Part shown: positions 31,501 to 41,300 of the stretch, piece by piece
Layout: every line of letters starts with the position of its first letter
Numbering within the stretch: the first letter of the stretch is position 1
Assembly: GCA_049840735.1 (NCBI GenBank)
Contig: JASGJN010000020.1
Coordinates: forward strand, 32,001-96,000
Source of the DNA: Anaeromyxobacter sp.
GTDB taxonomy: Bacteria > Myxococcota > Myxococcia > Myxococcales > Anaeromyxobacteraceae
Reading direction: 5' to 3'
Length of the DNA stretch: 64,000 nt
Made by a program: the position numbers and the translations under genes
Notes under the pieces: model-generated
Databases searched by the model: none
Told to the model about the DNA's origin: nothing
The model's input: the letters and a program-made list of their open reading frames with translations, nothing else

Positions 31501-33000
31501 GCGTCCGCGGCCACCAGCACGGCGCGGTGCTCGAGCGGCGTGCGCCGGTGGGCGACGGCCGCGCAGAGCTCCCCGAGGGACGGCCCACCCTCGGCCTCAA
31601 GCAGCGCGGCGTGCCGCAGCGCCAGGGCCCGCAGCGCCTCGGGGCTGCGCGCGGAGAGCGGGAGCAGGCTGGCCCGGCGCGCCGGCAGGGCGGGCAGGGC
31701 CGGACCCGGGGGAGCCTCCTCCAGCACCACGTGGGCGTTGGTCCCGGCGATCCCGAACGCGCTCACGCCGGCCAGGCGCGTCCCCTCTCCCTCAGGCCAG
31801 GGCGCGAGCGCCCCGGGGATGGCGAAGGGCGCCTCGGCCCAGGCCACGGCCGGGTTGGGCTCGCGCAGGTGCAGGCTGGCGGGGATGGCCCCGTGGTGCA
31901 GCGCCAGCGCGGTCTTGATGAGCCCCGCCACCCCGGCCGCCCCCTCGGTGTGGCCGAGGTTGGTCTTCACCGAGCCGACCAGGGCGCGACGGCCAGCCGG
32001 GCGCCCAGGGGAGAGCGCGGCGGCGATGGCGGCGAGCTCGACCGGATTGCCGGTGCGGGTGCCGGTGCCGTGAGCCTCCACGTAGCGCACCCGCCCGCCC
32101 TCGACGCCCGCGTCCCGGTGCGCCGCCCGCAGGAGCTCCTCCTGCCCCGCCCGGCTGGGCGTGCCCATGGAGCCGCTGCTCCGGCCGTCGTTGTTCACCG
32201 CGCTGCCGCGGATCACGGCGTAGATCCGGTCCCGGTCGGCCCGCGCAGCCTCGAGCCGCTTGAGCACCACCAGCCCCGCACCCTCGCTGCGCACGTAGCC
32301 GTCGCCGGACGCGTCGCCGAACTTGCAGCGGCCGTCGGCCGCCATCATGCCGCTCCTCGAGTACGCGAGCGTCACGTGCGGCTGGAGGATGACGTTTGCG
32401 CCGCCCGCCAGCGCCAGCGGACACTCCCCGCTGCGCAGGCTCTGGACGGCCAGGTGGACCGCCACCAGCGACGACGAGCAGGCGGTGTCGAGGGTGAGGC
32501 TGGGGCCGCGCAGGCCCAGGACGTAGGAGAGCCGCCCGGAGGCCGCGTACCGCCCGCTCCCGGTGGTCATGAAGAAGTCCAGCTCCTCCGGGCGCGCGAA
32601 GAGGCGCGCCTCGAAGTCGCTCACCCACTGCCCCACGAAGACCCCGGTGCGCGAGCCCTCCAGCCGGTGGGCGTCGATCCCGGCGTCCTCCAGCGCCTCC
32701 CAGCTGGTCTCGAGCAGCAGCCGCTGCTGCGGATTCGAGCCGCTCCGCCTCCCTGGGGGAGATGCCGAAGAAGCCCGCGTCGAGCTGATCGAGCCGCTCG
32801 AGGTAGCCGCCCCACCGCGTCGAGATCCGGCCGGGCGTCCCCGGCCGCGGGTCGTACCAGCGCTCGACGTCGATGCGATTGGCGGGGATGGGCCCCACCG
32901 CGGAGCGCCCCTCGGAGAGCAGCCGCCAGAGCCCGTCGGGACCATCGGCGCCGCCGGGGAAGCGGCAGCCGATCCCGACGATGGCCACCTCATCATTCAC
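28506..33000 (-). CDS. Modular type I PKS A: KS-AT-KR-ACP, first PKS of the operon (frameshift near 32734)
   Basis: GTG 33000 overlaps the TEII stop; begins directly (M)[59 protein letters not shown] (methylmalonyl-like). [24 protein letters not shown]. Confidence 0.93.
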
Positions 33001-33767
33001 GCGACGGCCTCGCGACCGGCCGCGAGGAGGGGCGCGAGCGCTGCCGCGAGGTCCGCCAGCAGCCCGGGCCGCTCCGCCTCCAGGTAGAAGTGCGCGCCCG
33101 GGAAGACGCGCAGCCGGAAGGCGCCCTGGGTCTCCTCGCGCCAGGCCTCGAGGTCCTCGCGGGACACGAGCGCGTCGCCGGCGCCGCCGAACGCGCTGAT
33201 GGGGCAGGCCAGCGGCGCGCGCCTCGGCGCCCGGTGGCGCTCCAGCGCGGCGATGTCGGCCCGGAGCGTGGGCAGGAGGAGCGCCAGCAGCTCCGGCTCC
33301 TGGAGCACCGCCTGGGGGATCCCGCCGTAGCGCTGCCGGATCTCCGCCACGAACGCGGCGTCGGCCAGCCCGTGCAGCGGCGCCTCGCGCGCGGGCAGGT
33401 GCGGCGGCCGGCGGGCCGAGACCAGCAGGTGGTCCGGGAGCGGGCCGCCGCGGGAAGCCAGCGCGCGCGCCACCTCGCTCGCGAGGACGGCGCCCATGCT
33501 GTGACCGAAGAGCGCGAAGGGGCGATCGAGCTGGGGCAGGAGCGCCGGGAGGAGCGCCTCCACCAGCCCGTCGATGGACGGGATGGGCGGCTCGCGCAGC
33601 CGGTTCTCGCGCCCGGGCAGCTGGACCGCGCAGACCTCCAGCGTCTCCGGCAGCGCGGCGGCCCAGAGCCGGAAGGCCGAGGCCCCGCCGCCGGCGTGCG
33701 CGAAGCAGAAGAGCCGGGCCCGCGCGGCAGGCCTGGGACCGTGCCGGATGAACCATGCGCTGCTCAC
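32997..33767 (-). CDS. Type II (editing) thioesterase, GrsT-like alpha/beta hydrolase
   Basis: LFCFAHAGGGASAFRLW, VQLPGRENR, GHSMG, LRAD, FPGAHFYL. Start chosen at GTG 33767. Confidence 0.92.
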   Translation of the reverse strand: MSSAWFIRHGPRPAARARLFCFAHAGGGASAFRLWAAALPETLEVCAVQLPGRENRLREPPIPSIDGLVEALLPALLPQLDRPFALFGHSMGAVLASEVARALASRGGPLPDHLLVSARRPPHLPAREAPLHGLADAAFVAEIRQRYGGIPQAVLQEPELLALLLPTLRADIAALERHRAPRRAPLACPISAFGGAGDALVSREDLEAWREETQGAFRLRVFPGAHFYLEAERPGLLADLAAALAPLLAAGREAVA

Positions 33768-33823
33768 CGCGGGCACCGCCGCGGCGCAAGGAAGCTGCCT
33801 GAGCACACGGCCCCCATGACCAT
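33764..33823 (-). other. Possible 19-aa leader ORF coupled to the TEII start
   Basis: GGGGGAGAG SD-like sequence, then ATG...MVMGAVCSGSFLAPRRCPR-TGA. The stop overlaps the TEII GTG (GTGA). Confidence 0.3.
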
Positions 33824-34238
33824 CACCGGCTCTCCCCCAGGTCGCATGATGGTACTCGAATCCCCGACATGTCGAAGTCCCGCGCTCGGGCGACTGGGAA
33901 AGCGGACATGACCACGAGTGCGGGGCCCCCACGGGCCCGCGACACTTCACCCGTTGCGCGCGGCCCGACGAGGTTCGGGCCGCGCTTCGGGATCCCGACG
34001 AGCCTTCCCCGACGGCGAGGCTCGTCGGGCCCGCGGGCCCGAGCTCCCGCCCGCCTGCAGCGACCGGAGCCGGCGGGCGCGGCGCCCTCGACGCCGGCGC
34101 GAGCGCGACCGCGGGCCATGCGGCGCGCCCTCGAGGAGCGGGCCCGCCCCGGAGACCTGGCCGAGGGCGCTGGGCAGGGTGGCACGCGGAGCGCCAGGGG
34201 ATGCGCCCAGCCCCTCTCCCGCGCCCCCGCCATAGCCT

Positions 34239-34268
34239 TTGACGCACGCAGCCGACCGGGCCTATGAG
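34239..34268 (+). promoter_or_regulatory. Putative sigma70-type promoter of the acyltransferase gene
   Basis: TTGACG-N18-TATGAG, ending 6 nt before ATG 34275. Confidence 0.4.
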
Positions 34269-34274
34269 GGACCG

Positions 34275-35498
34275 ATGGCGGCCCGCACCAGCCGGAAGAA
34301 GGCGCCCAGGACCCGGGCGGCGCGAGGGCGAGCGAAGGCCGCGCCTCCCCGGGCCGTGCTGGGCAATGACCCCTTCGCGCGCGGCGCGGCCCCTCGCGCG
34401 CCGGCCCAGCCGCCGACGCCCCCGCTCGAGCCCCATCCCCCTCCCCGGGCCCCTGCGCCGGAGCCGGCCGCCGGGACCGGGCAGGCTTACGCCCGCGGTT
34501 CGACGGGCTCACCGGGGACGGACGAGGCGCGGGAGCGGCTGGTGGAGGTCGAGCGCCGGGTGGACGCCGCGCTGGACGGGGTCGAGGGGCGCCTGATGGA
34601 GCTCGCGGAGCGGGCCGGGCTGCGCCAGGCCCGGGCCGAGCTGGGCGAGACGCTCTCCCGGCTCCTGCCGCAGCTGCAGGCCAGGCTGGGCGCGGCGCTC
34701 GATCTGCTCAAGATGGTGGAGCCGCCCAGCCGGCTCGACCGCCACGGCATGGACCCGCGGCTGGTGGAGCGGGCGCTGCCGCTGGTCGAGTTCCTGTGCT
34801 CCACCTGGTGGCGGCTCAGGATCCAGGGCCTGGAGCAGGTGCCGTCGCGCGGGCCGGCCCTGGTGGTGGCCAACCACGCCGGCCTGGTCCCATGGGACGC
34901 GCTGGTGCTCCGCCACGCGCTGCGCCGGGACCACCCCGCCCACCGCGAGCTGCGCCCGCTGCTGGACGACCGCGAGTGCGACCGGCCGCTGGTCGGCGGC
35001 CTGGCCATCCGGCTGGGCGCCGTGCGCGCCACGCCCGAGGCGGCGGAGCAGGTGCTGCGCGGCGGCGACGTGCTGGGCGTCTTCCCGGAGGGGAGCGCCG
35101 CGGCCCGAAAGCTCTGGCGCGACCGCTACCGCATCCAGCGCTTCGGCCGCGGCGGCTTCGTGAAGCTGGCGCTGCGCACCGGGGCCACCATCGTCCCCTG
35201 CGCGGTGGTGGGCAGCGAGGAGGCCTCGCCGGGCATCGCCCGCACCGGCTGGCTGGCCGAGCTGCTGGGGCTCCCGCTGCTCTCCGCCAGCCCCGCGCTC
35301 CGCTTCGGCCCGGCCGCGCTGCTGCCGCTGCCCTCGCGCTGGTCGCTCCGCTTCGGCGAGCCCTTCGAGACCCGCTCGCTGGGGCCGGCCGCGGCCGAGC
35401 ACCAGCCCACCGTCAACGCGCTGGCCGAGCGCGTGCGGGCCTCGCTGCAGGCCATGCTGGACGAGGACGTGGCGGCGCGAGGGAGCGTGTTCCTCTGA
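34275..35498 (+). CDS. Lysophospholipid/glycerol acyltransferase (PlsC-like)
   Basis: NHAGLVPWD (HX4-5D-like) and VFPEG motifs, FGRGGFVKLALRTGATIVP. Low-complexity N-terminus. Confidence 0.88.
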   Translation: MAARTSRKKAPRTRAARGRAKAAPPRAVLGNDPFARGAAPRAPAQPPTPPLEPHPPPRAPAPEPAAGTGQAYARGSTGSPGTDEARERLVEVERRVDAALDGVEGRLMELAERAGLRQARAELGETLSRLLPQLQARLGAALDLLKMVEPPSRLDRHGMDPRLVERALPLVEFLCSTWWRLRIQGLEQVPSRGPALVVANHAGLVPWDALVLRHALRRDHPAHRELRPLLDDRECDRPLVGGLAIRLGAVRATPEAAEQVLRGGDVLGVFPEGSAAARKLWRDRYRIQRFGRGGFVKLALRTGATIVPCAVVGSEEASPGIARTGWLAELLGLPLLSASPALRFGPAALLPLPSRWSLRFGEPFETRSLGPAAAEHQPTVNALAERVRASLQAMLDEDVAARGSVFL

Positions 35499-35525
35499 TT
35501 CTGGGGCACCGGCTCGGTACGGCCT

Positions 35526-35576
35526 GCCTTCGACTCCGGGGCCGCCGCTGGCGGCCCCTACGCTCAGGCTGACCGG
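35526..35576. repeat. REP-like palindromic element (TTCGACTCCG-hairpin-CTACGCTCAG), between convergent genes
   Basis: gccTTCGACTCCG gggccgcc-gct-ggcggccc CTACGCTCAggc. Same flanks recur at 51305, 51507 and 57357. Confidence 0.75.
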
Positions 35577-35608
35577 AACCGTTTGACTGCTGGCCCGGCC
35601 CGCTCCGA

Positions 35609-36514
35609 TCAGGCCGCCTCAGGCGCGGCCACCGCCACGCCGGACTCGCTGGCCGGCTTCGCCTCCGCCCGCGCCGTCCGCGGCTGCTTGTGCGCCATCC
35701 GCACGTGCTCGGGCGGCTTGCGCAGGTCGCGCACGATCCCCACCGCCGAGAGCGCGCGCAGCGCGTAGTAGCTGACGTCGATCTCCCACCAGAAGAAGCC
35801 CTGGTTGGCGCTGGCCGCGAAGTAGTGGTGGTTGTTGTGCCAGCCCTCGCCGAACGTGAGCAGCGCCAGCACCAGGCTGTTGCGCGACCCCTCGCCGGTC
35901 TCGTAGCGCTTGCGACCGATGACGTGGGCCAGCGAGTTGATCACGTAGGTGCAGTGCCAGAGCACCACCGTGGAGACGAAGTAGCCCCACAGCAGCGCCG
36001 CCCAGCCGCCCGCCAGGAAGAGGACCGCCCCAAGGGCGATCGGCGGCACCACGTGCCAGCGATCGAGCCACCGCAGCTCGGGGAAGCGGGCCAGGTCCTT
36101 CACGCGGTCGAGCTTGGTCTCCTCGTGGGCGCGGGACAGGAACCAGCCCATGTGGCTCCACAGGAAGCCGCGCTGGACGGGCGAGTGGATGTCCTGCGGG
36201 CGATCGGAGAAGCGGTGGTGATCCCGGTGGTGGGCCGCCCACCAGAGCGGGCCCTTCTGCGTGGCCGCGGTCCCCAGCACCGCCAGCACGAGCTGGAACG
36301 CGCGCGAGGTCTTGTAGGCGCGGTGGGAGAAGTAGCGGTGGTAGCCGGCGGTGATGCCGAAGAGCCGGAGCGCCCAGGTCGCCGCCGCGAGCCCCAAGAG
36401 GCCCCAGGTGCCGGGCACCAGGAACGGCGTGGCCAGCGCCACCACGTGGACCGCGATGAACGGGATGGAGGGGAGCCAGGCGATGCGGTCGGCGGCGGGG
36501 GCGGTCTTCGACAT
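35609..36514 (-). CDS. Membrane acyl-CoA/fatty acid desaturase (delta-9 type)
   Basis: His boxes HRYFSH, HRDHH, HNNHH. GEGW and WWEID motifs. Confidence 0.93.
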   Translation of the reverse strand: MSKTAPAADRIAWLPSIPFIAVHVVALATPFLVPGTWGLLGLAAATWALRLFGITAGYHRYFSHRAYKTSRAFQLVLAVLGTAATQKGPLWWAAHHRDHHRFSDRPQDIHSPVQRGFLWSHMGWFLSRAHEETKLDRVKDLARFPELRWLDRWHVVPPIALGAVLFLAGGWAALLWGYFVSTVVLWHCTYVINSLAHVIGRKRYETGEGSRNSLVLALLTFGEGWHNNHHYFAASANQGFFWWEIDVSYYALRALSAVGIVRDLRKPPEHVRMAHKQPRTARAEAKPASESGVAVAAPEAA

Positions 36515-36592
36515 GGGCCGAGGAAGTGGTGGCCGGCTGTCATGGGCGGGTCACGGCCGGAGCGCTCGCCCGCCGGGCCCTGGCTCGACGCG

Positions 36593-36642
36593 CCCCTGCA
36601 GCTCCGCGCCCGCTGCGCGGGCGCCACGCTCAGGGCAGGCGG
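36593..36642. repeat. Degenerate REP-like copy
   Basis: CTCCGCGCCCGCTGCGCGGGCGC is the exact reverse complement of the core of the 57357 copy, followed by CACGCTCAGGG. Confidence 0.6.
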
Positions 36643-36735
36643 GGTCTGGGGTGCGGGCCCCGGGGGATGCACCGCGCCCTGGTGAGGCGCACCGTGTTTC
36701 CAGAGGGTCTGTGGGCTGGGGAAGGCGGGGGTGCG

Positions 36736-37140
36736 ATGCTCGAGACTGTCCAGGCGTCCGGTGGAGGAGCTGAGCCCCAGAAGGAGGCCTTCATCAGGCT
36801 CATGGCGGAGACGCTGCCGCTGGCTGGCTACTCCGGCGTTCGGGCGGATCTGCCGGGCTGGGATCAGCCGGAGGTGATCCACGGCGCGGTGCGGGATCAC
36901 CGGCCCAGCCTGTTCTGCGACGCGCCCAAGCCGGTCTTCCTGGACGTGCTCGCGCCCGGGCCCATCTCCATCGAGGACGTGGCCAGCCGCTGGCAGCTGT
37001 TCGCGTCGGCGGCGGAGCTCACCTCGGGCGAGTTCCACGTGGTGCTGCCGCGCTGGGTGGCAGGGCGCGACGGCCGCCAGGTGGCGAAGCAGATCGCGGA
37101 GCTGGTGGGGGTGAGGATCGGGTACATCTGGGCGGTGTGA
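36736..37140 (+). CDS. Hypothetical protein (134 aa)
   Basis: Typical high-GC3 codon usage and globular composition (RADLPGWDQPEVI..SRWQLFASAA). Confidence 0.7.
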   Translation: MLETVQASGGGAEPQKEAFIRLMAETLPLAGYSGVRADLPGWDQPEVIHGAVRDHRPSLFCDAPKPVFLDVLAPGPISIEDVASRWQLFASAAELTSGEFHVVLPRWVAGRDGRQVAKQIAELVGVRIGYIWAV

Positions 37141-37160
37141 GCGGCGAACGCGATCGCCGC

Positions 37161-38027
37161 TCAGTCCTCCTCTCCTGGCGGCGGCGGCCGCTGCTTCTTC
37201 CCCCTCCCCTCGTCCTCCTCGTCCGGCGGTGGCTCGTTGCCGTCCGGCCCCAGCGCGGCCTGCGCGGCCGCCATGCGCAGGAACGCGTGCAGCTGCGCCG
37301 GCGCCTCCTCCGGCGGCGGCTCGAGGCCGCGCTGGATCCAGCCCGGGTGGCTCGGCAGCAGCTTGCGGAGTGCGTCCAGGCTGACGTGGTCGGCGGCGCG
37401 GGTCAGGTCCGGCCCCTTCTGCCCGCCCACGCCGCGCACCTGGTGGCACCCCAGGCAGCGCCAGCCGAAGACGCCCGCCCCGATGCGCGCGCCGTCCGGC
37501 GCCGCCTCCGGGACGGTCAGCGCCCGCGAGACCACCCGCGCACCGTTGACCACCTCCAGCGCGGTCAGGTCGCGCGCCCACCACTGGATGGCGCGCGGGT
37601 CGGTGGCGATGCCGCGCTGCTCGCCGCTGGGCCAGGCCACCAGCCGCCCCTCCACCGGCGCCCCGTCGGCCCGCTCCGCCAGCACCGGCCGGTACTGCCG
37701 GACCAGGCTCAGCGGCACCGGGACGGCCCGCTTGTCTGCGGTCCGGAGCACCAGGATGTCGGCCCCTGGCCGCAGCTCCACCCGCGCCAGGATGGCCCCC
37801 AGGTCCACCCCTTCGTAGGCCGCGGCCCGCCCGGTGACCGGGTCCACGCCCTGCACCGTGCGATGCGGCAAGGCCTTCAGGTCGGCCTCGCCCAGCTGGA
37901 ACGGGCCGCCCTTCACGGCCCCCTTCACCTCCAGCTGCGGCGGACCGGAGGGGGTCTTCGGCAGGCGGGGCCCGCTGCCGCACGCGGCCAGGAGGAGGAT
38001 CAGCAGGGCGATGGGCGTTCTTGTCAT
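37161..38027 (-). CDS. Lipoprotein: molybdopterin-oxidoreductase-like domain plus C-terminal c-type cytochrome
   Basis: Lipobox LLAAC. LEVKGAV..L..LP..YEGV.L segment resembles the Oxidored_molyb fold. Heme motif CLGCH followed by GPDL. Confidence 0.7.
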   Translation of the reverse strand: MTRTPIALLILLLAACGSGPRLPKTPSGPPQLEVKGAVKGGPFQLGEADLKALPHRTVQGVDPVTGRAAAYEGVDLGAILARVELRPGADILVLRTADKRAVPVPLSLVRQYRPVLAERADGAPVEGRLVAWPSGEQRGIATDPRAIQWWARDLTALEVVNGARVVSRALTVPEAAPDGARIGAGVFGWRCLGCHQVRGVGGQKGPDLTRAADHVSLDALRKLLPSHPGWIQRGLEPPPEEAPAQLHAFLRMAAAQAALGPDGNEPPPDEEDEGRGKKQRPPPPGEED

Positions 38028-38079
38028 GGGCACCTTCGGTTATCCTCGTGACCCGACCTCGACGATGGGAGCATCCTGC

Positions 38080-38296
38080 GTGGCGCGCGCCTTCATCGGA
38101 AGCAAGGAGTGCAGGGTCCAGGTCGATCGCGACCTGGGAGACACCTGGGCCATCGCAGTCTACCCGCCGCCGGACGGTGGGAAGCCCTCCGCCCCGCTGG
38201 TCGTGAAGCTCCAGGGTAACGACCGCGAGGCGGCCACGCGCGGCGCCCTGGAGAATCCTCCAGAAGGCGGGGCAGATCGACACGTTCGAGCCCTGA
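38080..38296 (+). CDS. Small hypothetical protein (~71 aa; extra A at 38254)
   Basis: GGGAG SD then GTG. MARAFIGSKECRVQVDRDLGDTWAI.. reads on to ..GALEILQKAGQIDTFEP* if GAATC is read as GATC. Confidence 0.65.
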
Positions 38297-38397
38297 CCTC
38301 GGCCGTCTGCCCACGCCGTGCCCCAGCGGCATGGCGCTCGATAGGGATGTCCCGCCGTGGTACACCGGCAGGCACACACCGTCGAGCCTGGAGCGTC

Positions 38398-41300
38398 ATG
38401 GCCGAGCGCGATCTCACCCTCTGGCCCCCCGGGGCCGCCTCCACGGGCGGCGCAGACTCCATCGCCGACGAGCTGGCCTCGCGCATCGACGCGGTGCCCC
38501 CCTCCCCCGAGGACGCCATGTCGTGGGCCGCGCTGGCGGCCCGCTATGAGCGCGAGGCCTCGGCGCTGGTGGGCCGCCCCGGCGCAGCCCAGCTGCTGTT
38601 CGAGTCCGGCCGCATCCACGAGGAGCGGCTGGGCGACCCGGCCACGGCGCTGGCCCTCTACCGCCGCTCGATGTTCGCCGACTCCGGCTTCGTGCCGAAC
38701 CTGCAGGCCGCCCGGCGCCTGGCCATGGACCGCGGCGACGACGCCATCGCCGCCGAGGTGCTGGCCGCAGAGGCCGCCGCCACGCCCGAGCCGGAGGGAC
38801 GCGCCGAGCTCCTGCGCCTGCGCGGCCGGCTCCTGGCCGGGCTGGGCCAGGCCGAGGACGCGGCCGCGGTGCTGGCCGAGGCCGACGCGCTGGCGCCGGA
38901 CAGCTTCGCCGCCACCGAGGAGTCGGCCCGGGCCGCCGCCCAGGGCGGGGATCGGTCCGCGCTGGCCGAGGCCTACCTGCGCTGCGCCCAGGCGGTGGGC
39001 GACGACCGGCTGGCGGCCCACTACCTCGCCGCGGCCGCGGCGGTCTGCGGCGAGGGGCTGGGCGAGATGGACCGCGCCGCCGAGCTGGCGCTGCAGGCCT
39101 TCGCCCGCTGCCCCACCGACGCCCTGATCCGCAGCGCCGCCCGGCTCCACGCCGAGCGCATCGGGCGGCTGGACGCGCTGGCCGGGATCCTCCGCACCGA
39201 CGCCGCGGCCGCCTCGGGTCCGGAGGCGGCGCGGGACCTGCTCGACCTCTCGCGCGTGGAGGAGCGGCGCGGCGACGGCGCCGCGGCGGGGGATGCGCTG
39301 GAGCGGGCCTGGACCGAGGCCCCGGACGATCCGCGCGTGCTCTCGGCGCTGGCCGATCTGCGCGAGTCGCGCCAGGAGTGGCCGGCCGCGTCGGAGGCGC
39401 TGGCGGCGCTGGCCGAGGCGCACCAGGCGCGCCCGGAGGACGGCCACCGGCTGGAGGCCGTCGCGGCCCACCTGCGCCGGCTGGAGCTCGAGGAGGTGCA
39501 CCTGGGCCGGCCCGAGGAGGCGCGCCGCGCCTGCCAGGCGGTGCTGGTCCTGGAGCCCGGGCAGCGCACGGCCCTGGCCGCGCTGGGCCGGCTCTGCGCC
39601 CGCGCCGGCGACTGGGAGGGCGTGCTGGCCGCCTTCCGGGCCGAGGCCGAGGCGGCCCGCGACCCGCTGGAGCGGGCGCAGCGGACCTTCAAGGCCGCGC
39701 AGGTGCTGGAGGAGCGGCTGGGCCGCGCCGCCGGGGCGGTGGAGGCCTACCAGGCGGCGCTGGCCGCCGACCCGGACCTGCTGGCCGCCCGGAGCGCGCT
39801 GGAGCGGCTGCTGGAGCGCGAGGGGCGCTGGGCCGAGCTGTGCGCCTTCCTGGAGGAGGACCTGGCCGGCGCCGCGGCGGGCGATCAGGTGGCGGTGCTG
39901 CTCCGGGTGGCGCGCCTGCGCGAGGAGCGGCTGGGCGACCTGGGCGCGGCCGAGGCCGGCTACCGGCGCGTGCTGGCGCTCGACCCGGGCAACGGCGCCG
40001 CCTTCCGCGCGCTGGCCGCGGCGCTGGAGCGGCGCGGCGCGGCCGCCGAGCTGGCCGACGTGCTGGCCCAGCAGGCCGCCGCCACCGGCGACCGGCGCCG
40101 CCGCCTGGCGCTGCTGCAGCGCCGGGCCGAGGCGGTCGAGGAGGCCGGCGGCGCCCCCGAGGACGCCGCGGCCGCCTGGGAGGAGGTCCGGGTGGTGGAG
40201 CCCTTCCACCTGCCCGCGCTCCGCGCGCTGGGGCGGCTCCACGCCGCCGCCGGCCGGTGGGACCGGCTGGCGGACATGTTCCGGGCCCAGGCCGACGCGG
40301 CCTCGGACCCGGCCCAGGCCGCCGAGCTGCTGCTCCGGACCGGCGAGCTGCTGGAGCGGCGGCTCTCGCGGACCGACGAGGCGGTGAAGGCCTACCACGA
40401 GGTGCTCACGCTGGAGCCCTCGCACCTGCCTGCCCTGCTGGCCCTCTCGCGCCTGCACCGGGCCCGCGGCGAGCCGGAGGAGCTGGCCCACGTGCTCCAC
40501 GCGCAGGCGCTGGCCCGCATCGCGCCGGAGGAGCGCGCCGCGGCGCTGGCCGAGCTGGGTCAGCTCTGCGAGGAGCGGCTCTCGGATCCGGGCCGCGCCG
40601 CCGAGAGCCACGAGGAGGCGCTGGCCATCGCGCCCGGGTTCGCCCCCTCGCGCCGCGCGCTGGAGCGGCTCTACGTGCAGCTGGGGCGGCGCGACGCGCT
40701 GCGGGCGCTGCGCCGGGCCGCGCTGGACGACGCCCAGGCAGAGGACCGCGCCGGCCGGCTGCACCGGCTGGCCTGGCTGGAGGCGGACGGGCTGGGCGAC
40801 GCCGCTGCCGCGCAGGAGGCCGCGGCGCGCCTGGCGGAGCTCGAGCCAGGCAGCCCGGCGCCGCCGCTGGTGGAGCTGCGCACCGCCGCCGAGCCGGCCC
40901 GCCGGGCCCGCGCCCGCGAGCAGCTGGCGGCCACCGCCGCGGCCCCAGGCCCGGGCGCGGCGCTGCTGGTGGCGGCCGCGCTGGAGGCCCCCTCGCCCGC
41001 GCCGGAGCGGCGCGAGATGCTGGCCCGGGCCGCGGCGCTGGAGCCGCAGAGCCCGGCCCTCCTGCCCGAGTTCGAGCGGCGCGCCCGCGCCGGCGGCGCC
41101 CACGCCGAGCTGGCGCAGGAGTGCGAGCGGCGCTCCGGCGCAGAGGCCGACCCGGCCGCCCGGGCCGCCTGGGCGGTCCAGGCCGGCGAGGCCTGGGAGC
41201 AGGCCGGCGAGCCGGACCGCGCCCTGGCCGCCTACGGCCTGGCCCTGGAGGCCGCGCCATCCCACCTGGCCGCGCTGCGCGCGGCGCGGGCGCTGCAGGC

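Noticed and set aside
33768..33790. ops/JUMPStart antitermination element ahead of the PKS operon
   Set aside because: Only GGCGGTGC, a weak match expected by chance at this GC content; no NusG paralogue in the window.
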